Source: Chlamydiia bacterium (GTDB lineage Bacteria; Chlamydiota; Chlamydiia; Chlamydiales; Parachlamydiaceae). From it: a DNA stretch of 18,280 bases. Below the pieces are notes generated by a model. It was not told where the DNA came from. It made no database searches and worked only from the letters and a program-made list of their open reading frames with translations. Below, one piece after another: positions 1 to 9,162 of this stretch (the first letter of the stretch is position 1; the number at the start of each line of letters is the position of its first letter). The DNA lies in NCBI GenBank assembly GCA_038257035.1, contig JBBSJT010000042.1, positions 1-18,280 of the forward strand, given 5' to 3'. Both the position numbers and the translations under genes were made by a program.

Positions 1-38
1 CGTGCATATCTTGTAAAAAAAATCTGAGATATTATATT
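1..38. repeat. Right-arm end of palindromic element family A, truncated by the window edge
   Basis: cgtgcatatcttgtaaaaaaaatctgagatattatatt closely matches 10997-11033 (cgtgcatatcctgtaaaaaaatcgaagatgttatatt) and the region from 15663. It lies 3' of the DUF151 gene. Confidence 0.85.
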
Positions 39-149
39 GATATTTATTGGTATTTGTTTTTATTTTTTCGACTGTACTAGGGTTGTTGGATCTTATTTTG
101 CTTCTCTTGTGTTCTCGATGTTAAAAAATTCGTGGGTGTAAAATCCGTG

Positions 150-563
150 CTAGTCTTCGACGGCGATGGTTTTGTCAAAGACTTCGCGGGTGCAAAAGAC
201 GGGAACATCGCGCATGAGCGCAAGTGAGATGCAATCTGATGGCCGTGCATCAATTTCAAGAATTTGGATGAGGTCACCTCGTTTTTGTTCTAGGAAGAGT
301 TTGGCAAAATAAATAGTGTCTTGAACATCGTTGATGACAACTTGTTTGATTTCAATTTCAAGGCCATTAAATATGGAATCGATAAGATCATAGGTCAAGG
401 GTCTTGTTCTTTCGGTTTCTGTTAAATACATTTGTAAGATATGGCCGATATTAGGCTCTGTATAAATTGCAAAACGTTTATCCTCAGCGCTTAAGACAAT
501 AACTGTGTATGTTTTCGTTTGTAGGATTTTGTCGAAGTTAAGTTGAATAAGCTCTGATAACAT
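150..563 (-). CDS. Bifunctional nuclease family protein (DUF151/BFN)
   Basis: 137 aa with RPLTYDL, FAKL and the IDARPSDCISLAL motif typical of DUF151. Confidence 0.9.
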   Translation of the reverse strand: MLSELIQLNFDKILQTKTYTVIVLSAEDKRFAIYTEPNIGHILQMYLTETERTRPLTYDLIDSIFNGLEIEIKQVVINDVQDTIYFAKLFLEQKRGDLIQILEIDARPSDCISLALMRDVPVFCTREVFDKTIAVED

Positions 564-585
564 AAATTAATTGCCCCGTATAATT

Positions 586-1275
586 TTATTCTCGTATTTC
601 GACATGGCCATCTTCATGCCCAATGATCACTCGGCCTGCGATTCCTAAAAATAAGCCGGTTTCACAAACTCCCGGAATTTCCTTTATTTCATGATTTATC
701 TTTTCAAAGTTGATATCGCTGTTTTTTAATTGAAGATCAACAATAAAGTTGTGATTATCAGTAATAAAAGGGGAACCGTTATCAGATTTTCGCAAATCAA
801 GAGATTTTGCAAATTTTAACAATTTATCAGAGGTGACCTTATAAGCAAAAGGGGTGATCTCTATGGGAATTGGAAATTTACCAAGAGTTGTCACAACTTT
901 TGATTCATCAACAAGGACAATCGTCTCTTTACTCATGCATGCAATGATTTTTTCTCGGAAAAGGGCACCGCCTCCGCCCTTGATCATTTGTTTTTTTTGA
1001 TCAATCTCATCAGCGCCATCTACACAAATATCCAAAAAATTGACTGAATTGACATCTATCATCTTAATCCCAAGACTTTTTGCAAGCTGATCACTGGCAT
1101 AAGAGGTGGCAACAGCATTTATTTTTAGGCCGTTAGCGACAAGAGCCCCTAATTCTTTAATAAAATAAGAAGATGTAGAACCTGTTCCAAGACCAATCAT
1201 CATTCCAGGTTTTACAAATTTAACAGCAAGCTTGGCTGCTGCCATTTTTGCAATTTCATTTTTTTTTAAGTTCAT
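586..1275 (-). CDS. rpiA: Ribose-5-phosphate isomerase A
   Basis: Signature motifs GLGTGST, DGADE, KGGGGALFREK, TDNHN and IPGVCETGLF. Confidence 0.97.
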   Translation of the reverse strand: MNLKKNEIAKMAAAKLAVKFVKPGMMIGLGTGSTSSYFIKELGALVANGLKINAVATSYASDQLAKSLGIKMIDVNSVNFLDICVDGADEIDQKKQMIKGGGGALFREKIIACMSKETIVLVDESKVVTTLGKFPIPIEITPFAYKVTSDKLLKFAKSLDLRKSDNGSPFITDNHNFIVDLQLKNSDINFEKINHEIKEIPGVCETGLFLGIAGRVIIGHEDGHVEIRE

Positions 1276-1331
1276 TTTTTGCTATTATATAAGAAAATAT
1301 TTTTGATGCATTTTTAAAGAGATTAACCCTT

Positions 1332-2087
1332 ATGATTACTTTACAAGAATTGTGCCTTTATTTAAATGACCTTTTGCAAAATCAAGGTTTCAATGACTAT
1401 TGTAAAAATGGTTTGCAGGTTGAAGGGGCATTAAATATTTCAAAAATTGCAACATCTGTATCGGCAAGTCTTGATTCAATTGAGCGGGCGGTTCAGTTAA
1501 AAGCCGATGCTTTAATTGTTCATCATGGGCTTTTTTGGAATCATGATGATTACTCAATTATTGGTGTTAAAAAGAAAAAACTAGAGCTTTTATTAAAACA
1601 TAATATCTCATTGATCGCCTATCATTTACCTCTAGATGCCCATCAAACATTTGGAAATAATTGGAAAGCGGCAAAAGACCTAGGCTGGACAGATTTAAAA
1701 CCTTTCGGTCTATTTAATGGAACTCACATTGGTGTAAGGGGTAAAGTTAAGGAGCAAACAAGGGATCAATTTCAACTAAGCCTTGAAACTTACTACGCAC
1801 ATCCTGCACATGCCGCTCTTTTTGGAAACGAAACCGTAAAGAGCGCTGCACTAATTTCAGGGGGGGCCTATAAGTCCATTGATGAGGCCATTTTAGAAAA
1901 AGTGGATTGCTTTATTACTGGAAATTTTGATGAGCCTGTTTGGAATATTGCTCAAGAAGAAAAAATTAACTTTTTTGCCCTTGGACACACAGCAACAGAG
2001 CGGATCGGTCCAAAGGCCATAGGGGAGCATCTCCAAGAAAAATTTAAATTGGATTATCGGTTTATTGATACTGCTAATCCTTTTTAG
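1332..2087 (+). CDS. Nif3-like dinuclear metal centre protein (YbgI/DUF34)
   Basis: DYCKNGLQVEG, IVHHGLFW, YHLPLDAH..GNN and GHTATE motifs. Confidence 0.95.
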   Translation: MITLQELCLYLNDLLQNQGFNDYCKNGLQVEGALNISKIATSVSASLDSIERAVQLKADALIVHHGLFWNHDDYSIIGVKKKKLELLLKHNISLIAYHLPLDAHQTFGNNWKAAKDLGWTDLKPFGLFNGTHIGVRGKVKEQTRDQFQLSLETYYAHPAHAALFGNETVKSAALISGGAYKSIDEAILEKVDCFITGNFDEPVWNIAQEEKINFFALGHTATERIGPKAIGEHLQEKFKLDYRFIDTANPF

Positions 2088-2096
2088 TGACTAAAG

Positions 2097-2273
2097 AAGG
2101 GATTTTAAAGGACAAAAAGGACATAAAGGACACAAGGGACTAAAAGGACATTTCCACCCTTTTGAACAGTATTTATGATAAGTTTATTAGCCTGGGAATT
2201 ACTTTCAAGACGGTGGGCATGTCCCTTTTGTCCTTTAAGTCCTTTTTGTCCTTTAAGTCCTTTAAAATCCCTT
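2097..2273. repeat. 177-bp palindromic element (family B) with five 9-nt AAAGGAC-NN units per arm
   Basis: GGAC at 2110/2119/2128/2137/2146 is mirrored by GTCC at 2221/2230/2239/2248/2257. Ends are aagggattttaaaggac ... gtcctttaaaatccctt. It sits between convergent genes. Confidence 0.95.
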
Positions 2274-2318
2274 AAAAACGTTCAATGACCCAATTTCACA
2301 ATTTTTAAAAGTCTACTT

Positions 2319-2645
2319 TTACAGTTTTTTGGCTTTGAACTTTCTAGGCGTTGGTTTTCTTACGCGGTCCTTTTTTAATTCGGATAATAAATGATTGATG
2401 AATTTACTTTTAGGGGCTGCGGGGTGGCGATTTTCATCGAAGAGTTCGATATCTTTGAGCTTTAAATCAATGCGTTCATCAGCATGTTTATCAATCCACT
2501 GATGGATGGAATCTTTCATTTTTTTAATGGCTTCAGGATTGATCAATTTTTTTTCTTCAAGAATGGACTCTTCCAATTTTTTTCGATATTTCTTAACTTG
2601 ATTGCTTTCCTTGGCCTTTACTTTTTCTTTTGAAGACATTAGCAT
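2319..2645 (-). CDS. Small Lys-rich hypothetical protein
   Basis: 108-aa ORF with a GGAGG RBS upstream (cctcc at 2649-2653). No family recognised. Confidence 0.7.
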   Translation of the reverse strand: MLMSSKEKVKAKESNQVKKYRKKLEESILEEKKLINPEAIKKMKDSIHQWIDKHADERIDLKLKDIELFDENRHPAAPKSKFINHLLSELKKDRVRKPTPRKFKAKKL

Positions 2646-2769
2646 GAACCTCCGGTATATTTTTTTTGATAACAGATCAAAAAGATAAAGTAAAGTATAA
2701 GAGAATTTTTACTTATATTGATCTAAAGAGGAGTGTACGATTTTTTTGATCTTGAAATGTTATAGACTG

Positions 2770-2798
2770 TTGACAGAAAATCACTTAAATCGGACAAT
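2770..2798 (+). promoter_or_regulatory. Putative sigma66/70-type promoter of tyrS
   Basis: TTGACA(2770)-17 bp-GACAAT(2793), upstream of an AAGGA RBS and the ATG at 2832. Confidence 0.55.
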
Positions 2799-2831
2799 AG
2801 CGGAACTTAAAAATCAAGGAATGAAAGATCT

Positions 2832-4106
2832 ATGCGCAATGTAATTGAAATTTTAAAAGAACGTGGCTTCATCGATGCGATGACAAATGATGACATGGCA
2901 ATGATTACAAATACTCCTGTTAAAGTTTATTGCGGTTTTGATCCAACAGCAGACAGCCTACATCTTGGCAATATGGTGGCCATTATGGGCCTTGCTTGGT
3001 TTCAAGCGTGCGGTCACATTCCGGTTGCCGTTGCAGGTGGCGCTACCGGAATGATTGGCGATCCTTCAGGAAAACTTGCTGAAAGACAATTGCTTAATGC
3101 TGAAACGATTGAAAATAATTTAGCAGGCATTAGAAAAAATTTAGAACAAATTTTAAATCAAGGTCAAGATAAAGCAAAGCCATTATTTTTAAACAATTAT
3201 GATTGGTTTAAAAATTTTTCTTTTCTTGATTTTTTGCGCGATGTTGGCAAAAATTTTAGAATCGGTCAAATGCTTGCAAAAGATAGCGTGAAATCAAGAT
3301 TAAATTCTGATGAAGGAATGAGTTTTACCGAATTCTCCTACCAGCTTTTACAAGGTTATGATTTTCTTTATTTATATGAAAACCATGGAGTCACAATCCA
3401 AATGGGTGGAAGTGATCAATGGGGAAACATTACGGCCGGAACAGACTTAATTCGTAAAGTGCATGGCAAATCAGTTTGCGGTATCACATTTCCTCTAATG
3501 ACCAGAAGTGATGGGCAAAAATTCGGTAAATCTGTAAAAGGAGCGATTTGGCTATCAGCTGATAAATTATCTCCTTATGAATTTTACCAATATTTGGTCA
3601 GGGTTTCTGATGATGATGTAATTAAACTGATGCGTTTTTTAACATTTATGGAAATGAGTGAAATTCAGGACATTGAAAAAAGCATGAAGTCATTGGATTA
3701 TGTTCCAAATACTGCTCAAAGGCGCCTTGCAGAAGAAGTTACAAGGATTGTCCATGGGGATGAAAAATTGCAGCTTGCCATCAAGGCAACAGTTGCAGCT
3801 GCACCAGGCTCTAAAACTGTTCTTGACGCGGATGTATTGGAAAATATTGCTAAAGATATACCTTCAGTTACTTACAGCCGAAGTGAAGTTGTCGGTTCAA
3901 AGCTTGTTGAACTTTTTGTAAAGACACAATTAGCGCCTAGCAAGAGTGAAGCTAAACGCCTCTTAAATAATGGTGGGGCCTATTTGAACAATGAAAAAAT
4001 AAATGATGAGAATTATTATATTTTAGAAAAAGATTTGATCGCAAATCATATGATTCTTTTGGGTGCCGGCAAAAAAAACAAACTCCTTATCCGAGTAGAA
4101 AATTAA
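2832..4106 (+). CDS. tyrS: Tyrosine--tRNA ligase
   Basis: YCGFDPTADSLHLGN (HIGH), GGSDQWGNI, KFGKS (KMSKS) and a C-terminal S4-like domain. Confidence 0.98.
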   Translation: MRNVIEILKERGFIDAMTNDDMAMITNTPVKVYCGFDPTADSLHLGNMVAIMGLAWFQACGHIPVAVAGGATGMIGDPSGKLAERQLLNAETIENNLAGIRKNLEQILNQGQDKAKPLFLNNYDWFKNFSFLDFLRDVGKNFRIGQMLAKDSVKSRLNSDEGMSFTEFSYQLLQGYDFLYLYENHGVTIQMGGSDQWGNITAGTDLIRKVHGKSVCGITFPLMTRSDGQKFGKSVKGAIWLSADKLSPYEFYQYLVRVSDDDVIKLMRFLTFMEMSEIQDIEKSMKSLDYVPNTAQRRLAEEVTRIVHGDEKLQLAIKATVAAAPGSKTVLDADVLENIAKDIPSVTYSRSEVVGSKLVELFVKTQLAPSKSEAKRLLNNGGAYLNNEKINDENYYILEKDLIANHMILLGAGKKNKLLIRVEN

Positions 4107-4215
4107 AAAATATTATATATATCAAGAAATTTCTTGAAACCAATTCTGGATTGCTTATGATAAGAAATTACGAAAAAAAGCAATCTATACAAAACTAACT
4201 AAGGGAGTTACCTAA

Positions 4216-4524
4216 ATGACAACTATGACAAAACCGAAAACCATGACTAAAAAAAAGCTGATCAATACGATCTCGCAGGAAAGAGGGATACATCCAAACG
4301 ATGTTCGTCATGTAATCCAAGCTTTTCTTGATAAAATGATCGATAGTTTATCGAGCGGCGATAGACTTGAATTTCGTGATTTTGGCGTTTTTGAAGTTGT
4401 ACAGCGCAAACAAAAAATTGGACGCAATCCTAAGAAGGCAGACCAACCCATTGTTATTCCGGCTCGTAGCGCAGTTAAATTTACACCGGGCAAAAAAATG
4501 AGAAAGCTTATTGAAGCTCCTTAA
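4216..4524 (+). CDS. ihfA: Integration host factor / HU family DNA-binding protein, chlamydial type
   Basis: MTKKKLI..IHPNDVR.., LEFRDFGVF, GRNPK and IPARSAVKFTPGK. AAGGGAG RBS at 4201. Confidence 0.93.
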   Translation: MTTMTKPKTMTKKKLINTISQERGIHPNDVRHVIQAFLDKMIDSLSSGDRLEFRDFGVFEVVQRKQKIGRNPKKADQPIVIPARSAVKFTPGKKMRKLIEAP

Positions 4525-4545
4525 AGCCTATCAAAAAATTAAGCT

Positions 4546-4596
4546 TTTTTTTACCAAAGGAGAAAATTAAAAACTCTCTCTCTATTGGTAAAAAAA
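4546..4596. terminator. Imperfect hairpin downstream of ihfA, terminator-like
   Basis: tttttttaccaa ... ttggtaaaaaaa is a perfect 12-bp outer stem with weaker inner pairing. Confidence 0.45.
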
Positions 4597-4977
4597 TGCA
4601 TAATTTTTTGAACTTATTTCTTAAGAACAAAAAGAATTGAAAGCGTCAAAATCAGTCTTTTTATGTTTGGTTATTTTTTTATCAATTTTTTTAAGAAAAT
4701 CATTCCTAAAATTTTCAAAAAAATCTATCATTAATGTTATAAACTCTCCTTACTAGAATAATGATCTATGTAAGTTAAGTTGCACTCTGCTCTAAGAATG
4801 TCTTTTTTGTCGGCCTTCTTAAGTAAACTAGAAGTCCATAGAAGACCACTTACGCTTCCATTATCAGGAAAGGGTTCGCTTAGGCTTTCATAAAATTATT
4901 TTTTTGCGTAAGATGAGTTTTTTATATCTCAAATGATATTTGTAATAAAGAGCTTTTTTTTAAATTGGGGTCATTAA

Positions 4978-6018
4978 ATGTCGTTTCCTAAATTATTGGT
5001 ATTGATTGGTTTAGTTTTATTTGGTACAATAGGCGTTGCTGCCATTTTTAAAACTAAAAAACCAAAGGAAGTTGTCCTTGAATCGGGATCTTTACCTTTG
5101 ATTGAAGTGGAACTTAAGGGCGAAGTAATAGTAGCAACGAGTAAAAATACGATAAAAAAAGATGATCTCAAAGAAAAAAACCAGGAAGTTGAAAAATCTC
5201 TTGATGTAGCGGAATTTGAGCTTAAGCCTAAAAATGACGAAGCCTTAAAACCTTTGCCGGAAGCTAATCGAATTGCTGAATTTTTTAATAGGCATGATCC
5301 TAAGTTCCCGATCGTTGAAACGGTGACTTATAAGCCAAGAGTAGCTTGGCAAAAAGGTCGACCTGCATGGCTGTCAGATTATGCTAGTCACTATGCAACT
5401 TCAAGACATTTTATTGCTCGCAGCTTAAATCAGAAACCTGACTATTTTAAGCAGGATATTACGGAAGGCGATCAATTTAATGTTTTAAAGCCGGATGTTA
5501 ATTTAAACTTTTATTTGCTGATTGATATTTCAAGAAGTAGAATGTGGTTTTATTACCATGATTTGGATAAAAATGAACGCACTTTGGTAAAGACTTATAA
5601 AGTTGGCCTAGGACGTCCAGATCCGTTAAAGATATCGGGGCTTTTAACGCCGATTGGAAAATATTCGCTTGGAAACAAAATCGCGATTTATAAACCAAAA
5701 GCGATGGGATTTCATGGCGGTGAGCAAATTGAAATGATCAGGGTGTTTGGTTCAAGATGGATACCATTTGAAAAAGAATTATCCACCTGTAGTGCACCTG
5801 CCAAAGGATTTGGAATCCATGGGGTACCTTGGGTTATCGATAAAAAAGGAAATTTTGTCGAAGATATTATGAGTTTAGGAAAATATGAGAGCGATGGGTG
5901 CATCAGACTTGCAACATCAGATATTGAAGAGTTATTTGCGATCATCATTACAAAGCCTACGTACGTTGAGCTTGTAAAAGATTTTTACGATGCCAAGCTA
6001 CCTGGCATAGAAAAATAA
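4978..6018 (+). CDS. Membrane-anchored L,D-transpeptidase (YkuD) family protein with a LysM-like domain
   Basis: N-terminal hydrophobic anchor, YKVGLG, TPIGKY, FGSRWI and GIHG...SDGCIRL (catalytic His/Cys). Residues ~116-170 are LysM-like. Confidence 0.85.
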   Translation: MSFPKLLVLIGLVLFGTIGVAAIFKTKKPKEVVLESGSLPLIEVELKGEVIVATSKNTIKKDDLKEKNQEVEKSLDVAEFELKPKNDEALKPLPEANRIAEFFNRHDPKFPIVETVTYKPRVAWQKGRPAWLSDYASHYATSRHFIARSLNQKPDYFKQDITEGDQFNVLKPDVNLNFYLLIDISRSRMWFYYHDLDKNERTLVKTYKVGLGRPDPLKISGLLTPIGKYSLGNKIAIYKPKAMGFHGGEQIEMIRVFGSRWIPFEKELSTCSAPAKGFGIHGVPWVIDKKGNFVEDIMSLGKYESDGCIRLATSDIEELFAIIITKPTYVELVKDFYDAKLPGIEK

Positions 6019-6037
6019 GCCACCCTTTAGGGGGGAT

Positions 6038-6190
6038 TTTTTTTACCGCGAAGAGCGCGAAGAAAGACGCGAAGAGACGCGAAGAAGCGCGCTAATAGCG
6101 CGATAAGAGGAAAGAGCCTCATTATTCGCGCTTTAGCGCGCTTCTTCGCGCCTCTTCGCGCCTCTCTTCGCGTTCTTCGCGGTAAAAAAA
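6038..6190. repeat. 153-bp GC-rich palindromic element (family C) with four CGCGAAG units per arm
   Basis: CGCGAAG at 6047/6056/6068/6078 is mirrored by CTTCGCG at 6144/6154/6166/6175. Ends are tttttttaccgcg ... cgcggtaaaaaaa. Confidence 0.95.
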
Positions 6191-6252
6191 GGAAAAAATA
6201 CTGGTATATAAGCTAAGCTTTTTTAAGACGAATATAATATAGAGGTTTTATT

Positions 6253-7209
6253 TTGAAGGACATGTTACCACACGAAAAGCAAATTTACGAATATTTAAAG
6301 GCTATCGAACATTTGAAAAAGCAAAATCAGGACAACCCCTTATTTAATAATGAAATTAAAAAATTGGAAATGAAACTTGAAGAGTTAAAGAAAAAAACTT
6401 ACTCAGAGCTTACTCCCTGGCAGCGCGTGCAGATTTGCCGTCACCCTTCAAGACCTCACACTATTGATTACATTAAAAATATTTGCCAAAATTTTCATGA
6501 ATTGGCAGGAGATCGCACTTTTTCAGATGATCAGGCAATTGTTGGTGGTCTTGCAAAAATTGGCGACATGAATTGTGTTGTGATCGGACAAGAAAAAGGA
6601 AACGATACGGAAAGCAGAGTTCATCGCAATTTTGGAATGTTAAACCCTGAAGGGTTTAGAAAGGCTTTAAGGCTGATGCGCCTTGCCGAAAAATTTAATT
6701 TACCCGTGGTTTCATTTTTAGATACTCCAGGTGCTTATCCTGGCCTTGGAGCTGAAGAGCGCGGTCAGGGCTTTGTGATTGCTAACAATTTGCGCGAAAT
6801 GTCCCGCATCAAAACACCGATTATTGTTTTAGTCATCGGAGAGGGCTGCTCAGGCGGCGCGCTTGGAATGGGCGTTGGTGATGTTGTTGGAATGTTAGAG
6901 CATGCTTATTACTCTGTTATATCGCCTGAGGGTTGCGCTTCCATTCTTTGGAAAGATGCCTCCAAAAGTGCACTTGCAGCTGATAGCTTAAAGCTTAATT
7001 CAGAAGATTTGTTAAAGCTTGAAATTATTGACTCGATTGTGCCTGAGCCTCTTGGAGGGGCCCATCACGATCCTGAAAAAACTTACGCTAACGTGAAAAA
7101 ATTTATTTTAGAACAATGGCAGACTCTAAAAAATATCCAACCGGACATTTTAATTGAGCAACGCTATTTAAAATTTAGAAAAATCGGCAAGTTTACAGAA
7201 ACTGTTTAA
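6253..7209 (+). CDS. accA: Acetyl-CoA carboxylase carboxyltransferase subunit alpha
   Basis: [35 protein letters not shown] and [13 protein letters not shown] start with an AGAGGT RBS; ATG at 6262 is an alternative. Confidence 0.97.
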   Translation: MKDMLPHEKQIYEYLKAIEHLKKQNQDNPLFNNEIKKLEMKLEELKKKTYSELTPWQRVQICRHPSRPHTIDYIKNICQNFHELAGDRTFSDDQAIVGGLAKIGDMNCVVIGQEKGNDTESRVHRNFGMLNPEGFRKALRLMRLAEKFNLPVVSFLDTPGAYPGLGAEERGQGFVIANNLREMSRIKTPIIVLVIGEGCSGGALGMGVGDVVGMLEHAYYSVISPEGCASILWKDASKSALAADSLKLNSEDLLKLEIIDSIVPEPLGGAHHDPEKTYANVKKFILEQWQTLKNIQPDILIEQRYLKFRKIGKFTETV

Positions 7210-7227
7210 ACTAACTTTCAGGGACGA

Positions 7228-9162
7228 ATGAAAAAATTATTTAAAATTGCGTTTGAAAATCGCAAAAATCGCAAGATGCTATTTTTGACGGTAGTTGCCA
7301 TGTGTTTATTTACGGTAGCCTCCCAGCTAGAAATATTAGCTATCGGCATGATCACTCAAAAAGGGCCTGAATTGTTCAATGTCTTTTCAGAACCATCTGT
7401 TATGCAGGATGAAATTTTTGAAACTCAAATCATGGAGCGCATTCATGAAATTGATAGTGATCATAAAGGTTTTATCACAAAAACAGACGTTAATAACTAT
7501 TTAGCAACAAGAAATAGCGGTGGAACGATTGAAAAGTTCATTTTGCGCATCAATCAAACTTTTCCTATTTCCGGTAATGTTGTGGGTTTGGCCTTTATGT
7601 TGGTTTTTGTAGCTTTTTTTAAGTCATTGACGCTATTTGCCCACCGCTTTACAACACGGGTTGTTTCGATCTCTGTTAGTCAGGACTTAAGACAAAAATA
7701 TTTTGAGCATATTCAATCACTTCCCATGACATTTTTTCAAAAGTATAATATTGGTTCATTATCATCAAGGGCAGTTGGCGATGCCTCGCAAATAGCAGAG
7801 TCGATCAATGCCTGTCTTGTTAATTACTTGCAAACACCATTTACAGTGCTTACAACCCTTGTTCTCTGTTTTTTGACATCATGGAAACTTTCTCTGATTA
7901 TTTTCTTAGGCTTTCCATTGATTGTTTTTCCCATTGTGTTTTTGACAAAACGTGTAAAGAAGGTGTCCAAACAATTGCAGCAAAATCAGGAAAAATTCGC
8001 CTCTGTGCTTATTGATTTTTTAGCCGGCGTTCAAACGGTTAAAGTTTTTGCAATGGAAGACTTTTCTTTAAAAAAATACCGCGAACAAAACGAACATATG
8101 GCCAAATTAGAGAAAAAAAGTGCACGCTATGACTTGTCGACAAGCCCTGTAGTTCATATGATCGGCATGTGCTTTTTGGCAACAGCACTTTTGTATGGTC
8201 TTTATATTTTGAATATGACCATCACTGAAGTCTTCTTTTATTGTGGGATGCTTTATTTCTTTTATATGCCGATCAAGAAGTTTGCTGAAGAAAATGCACA
8301 TATTCAACGCGGGATCGCAGCAGCAGAACGCATGTTTGAAGTATTGGATTTAAAACCGCAGATTCAAGACAATGAAGATGCATTTAACATGACCGAATTT
8401 AAAGATTGTATTGAATTTGATGATGTTTGGTTTCGCTATGAAGATAAATGGGTGTTAAAAGGGTTAAATTTCACCATCAAAAAGGGTGAAACTGTTGCCA
8501 TTGTAGGACCTACCGGAGCCGGAAAATCGACCATTGTTCAGCTTCTTCCAAGACTTTATGATCTTGAAAAAGGAAATATTAAAATCGATGGAAAAAACAT
8601 CACGTCTTTAACTCAAAAATCTCTTAGAGACAATATTGCTTTTATCCCACAAAAACCTTTTCTTTTCTTAGATACTGTTGCGGCTAATATTTCTTATGGA
8701 AAAATGTATTCAGAAGAAGAAATCAGACAGGCGGCAGTTAAGGCACATGCAGAAGACTTTATTTTAGAGTTGCCGGATGGGTATCAGACAGAGTTATCAG
8801 AAACAGGGAAAAACCTTTCAGGTGGCCAACAGCAACGTTTGGCAATTGCTCGTGCGCTCGTTAAAAATGCACCGATTTTAATTATGGACGAGGCAACCTC
8901 ATCACTTGATAATGTAAGTGAAAACCATATCAAGACAGCAATTAAAGAGCTTCGCGGACAAGTGACGCAAGTGATCATTGCCCACCGTTTATCAACTATT
9001 GAAGATGCAGATAAAATTATATATCTTGATAAAGGTGAGAAAATTGCAGAAGGCACCAAGGAAGAGCTTTTACGAACATGTGATGGCTTTAGAAACATGT
9101 GGGAAATGATGCATATCCAAAAAACAGACCTTCCCAATATCAACTTGATTCACACACCATGA
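7228..9162 (+). CDS. msbA: ABC exporter, TMD + NBD fused (lipid A flippase MsbA-like)
   Basis: Hydrophobic TM segments, Walker A GPTGAGKST, LSGGQ signature, ILIMDEATS and IAHRLST. Follows accA as in chlamydiae. Confidence 0.85.
   Translation: MKKLFKIAFENRKNRKMLFLTVVAMCLFTVASQLEILAIGMITQKGPELFNVFSEPSVMQDEIFETQIMERIHEIDSDHKGFITKTDVNNYLATRNSGGTIEKFILRINQTFPISGNVVGLAFMLVFVAFFKSLTLFAHRFTTRVVSISVSQDLRQKYFEHIQSLPMTFFQKYNIGSLSSRAVGDASQIAESINACLVNYLQTPFTVLTTLVLCFLTSWKLSLIIFLGFPLIVFPIVFLTKRVKKVSKQLQQNQEKFASVLIDFLAGVQTVKVFAMEDFSLKKYREQNEHMAKLEKKSARYDLSTSPVVHMIGMCFLATALLYGLYILNMTITEVFFYCGMLYFFYMPIKKFAEENAHIQRGIAAAERMFEVLDLKPQIQDNEDAFNMTEFKDCIEFDDVWFRYEDKWVLKGLNFTIKKGETVAIVGPTGAGKSTIVQLLPRLYDLEKGNIKIDGKNITSLTQKSLRDNIAFIPQKPFLFLDTVAANISYGKMYSEEEIRQAAVKAHAEDFILELPDGYQTELSETGKNLSGGQQQRLAIARALVKNAPILIMDEATSSLDNVSENHIKTAIKELRGQVTQVIIAHRLSTIEDADKIIYLDKGEKIAEGTKEELLRTCDGFRNMWEMMHIQKTDLPNINLIHTP

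Noticed and set aside
2097..2273. Repeat arms read as collagen-like KGQKGHKGHKGL peptides, and one minus-strand frame is open across the element
   Set aside because: That frame has no start codon before the upstream stop. The pattern is a by-product of the 9-nt period.
2646..2831. T-box riboswitch ahead of tyrS
   Set aside because: No T-box consensus or terminator was seen, and the putative promoter leaves a leader of only ~25-30 nt.
4798..4893. 31-codon ORF (MSFLSAFLSK...) in the ihfA-LDT intergenic region
   Set aside because: No RBS or recognisable motif. It cannot be supported, and no ncRNA was recognisable there.
6038..6190. CRISPR array interpretation of the short repeats (also considered for families A and B)
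   Set aside because: Units are 6-7 nt with few-nt spacers in inverted arrangement. There are no 25-45 nt unique spacers and no cas genes.
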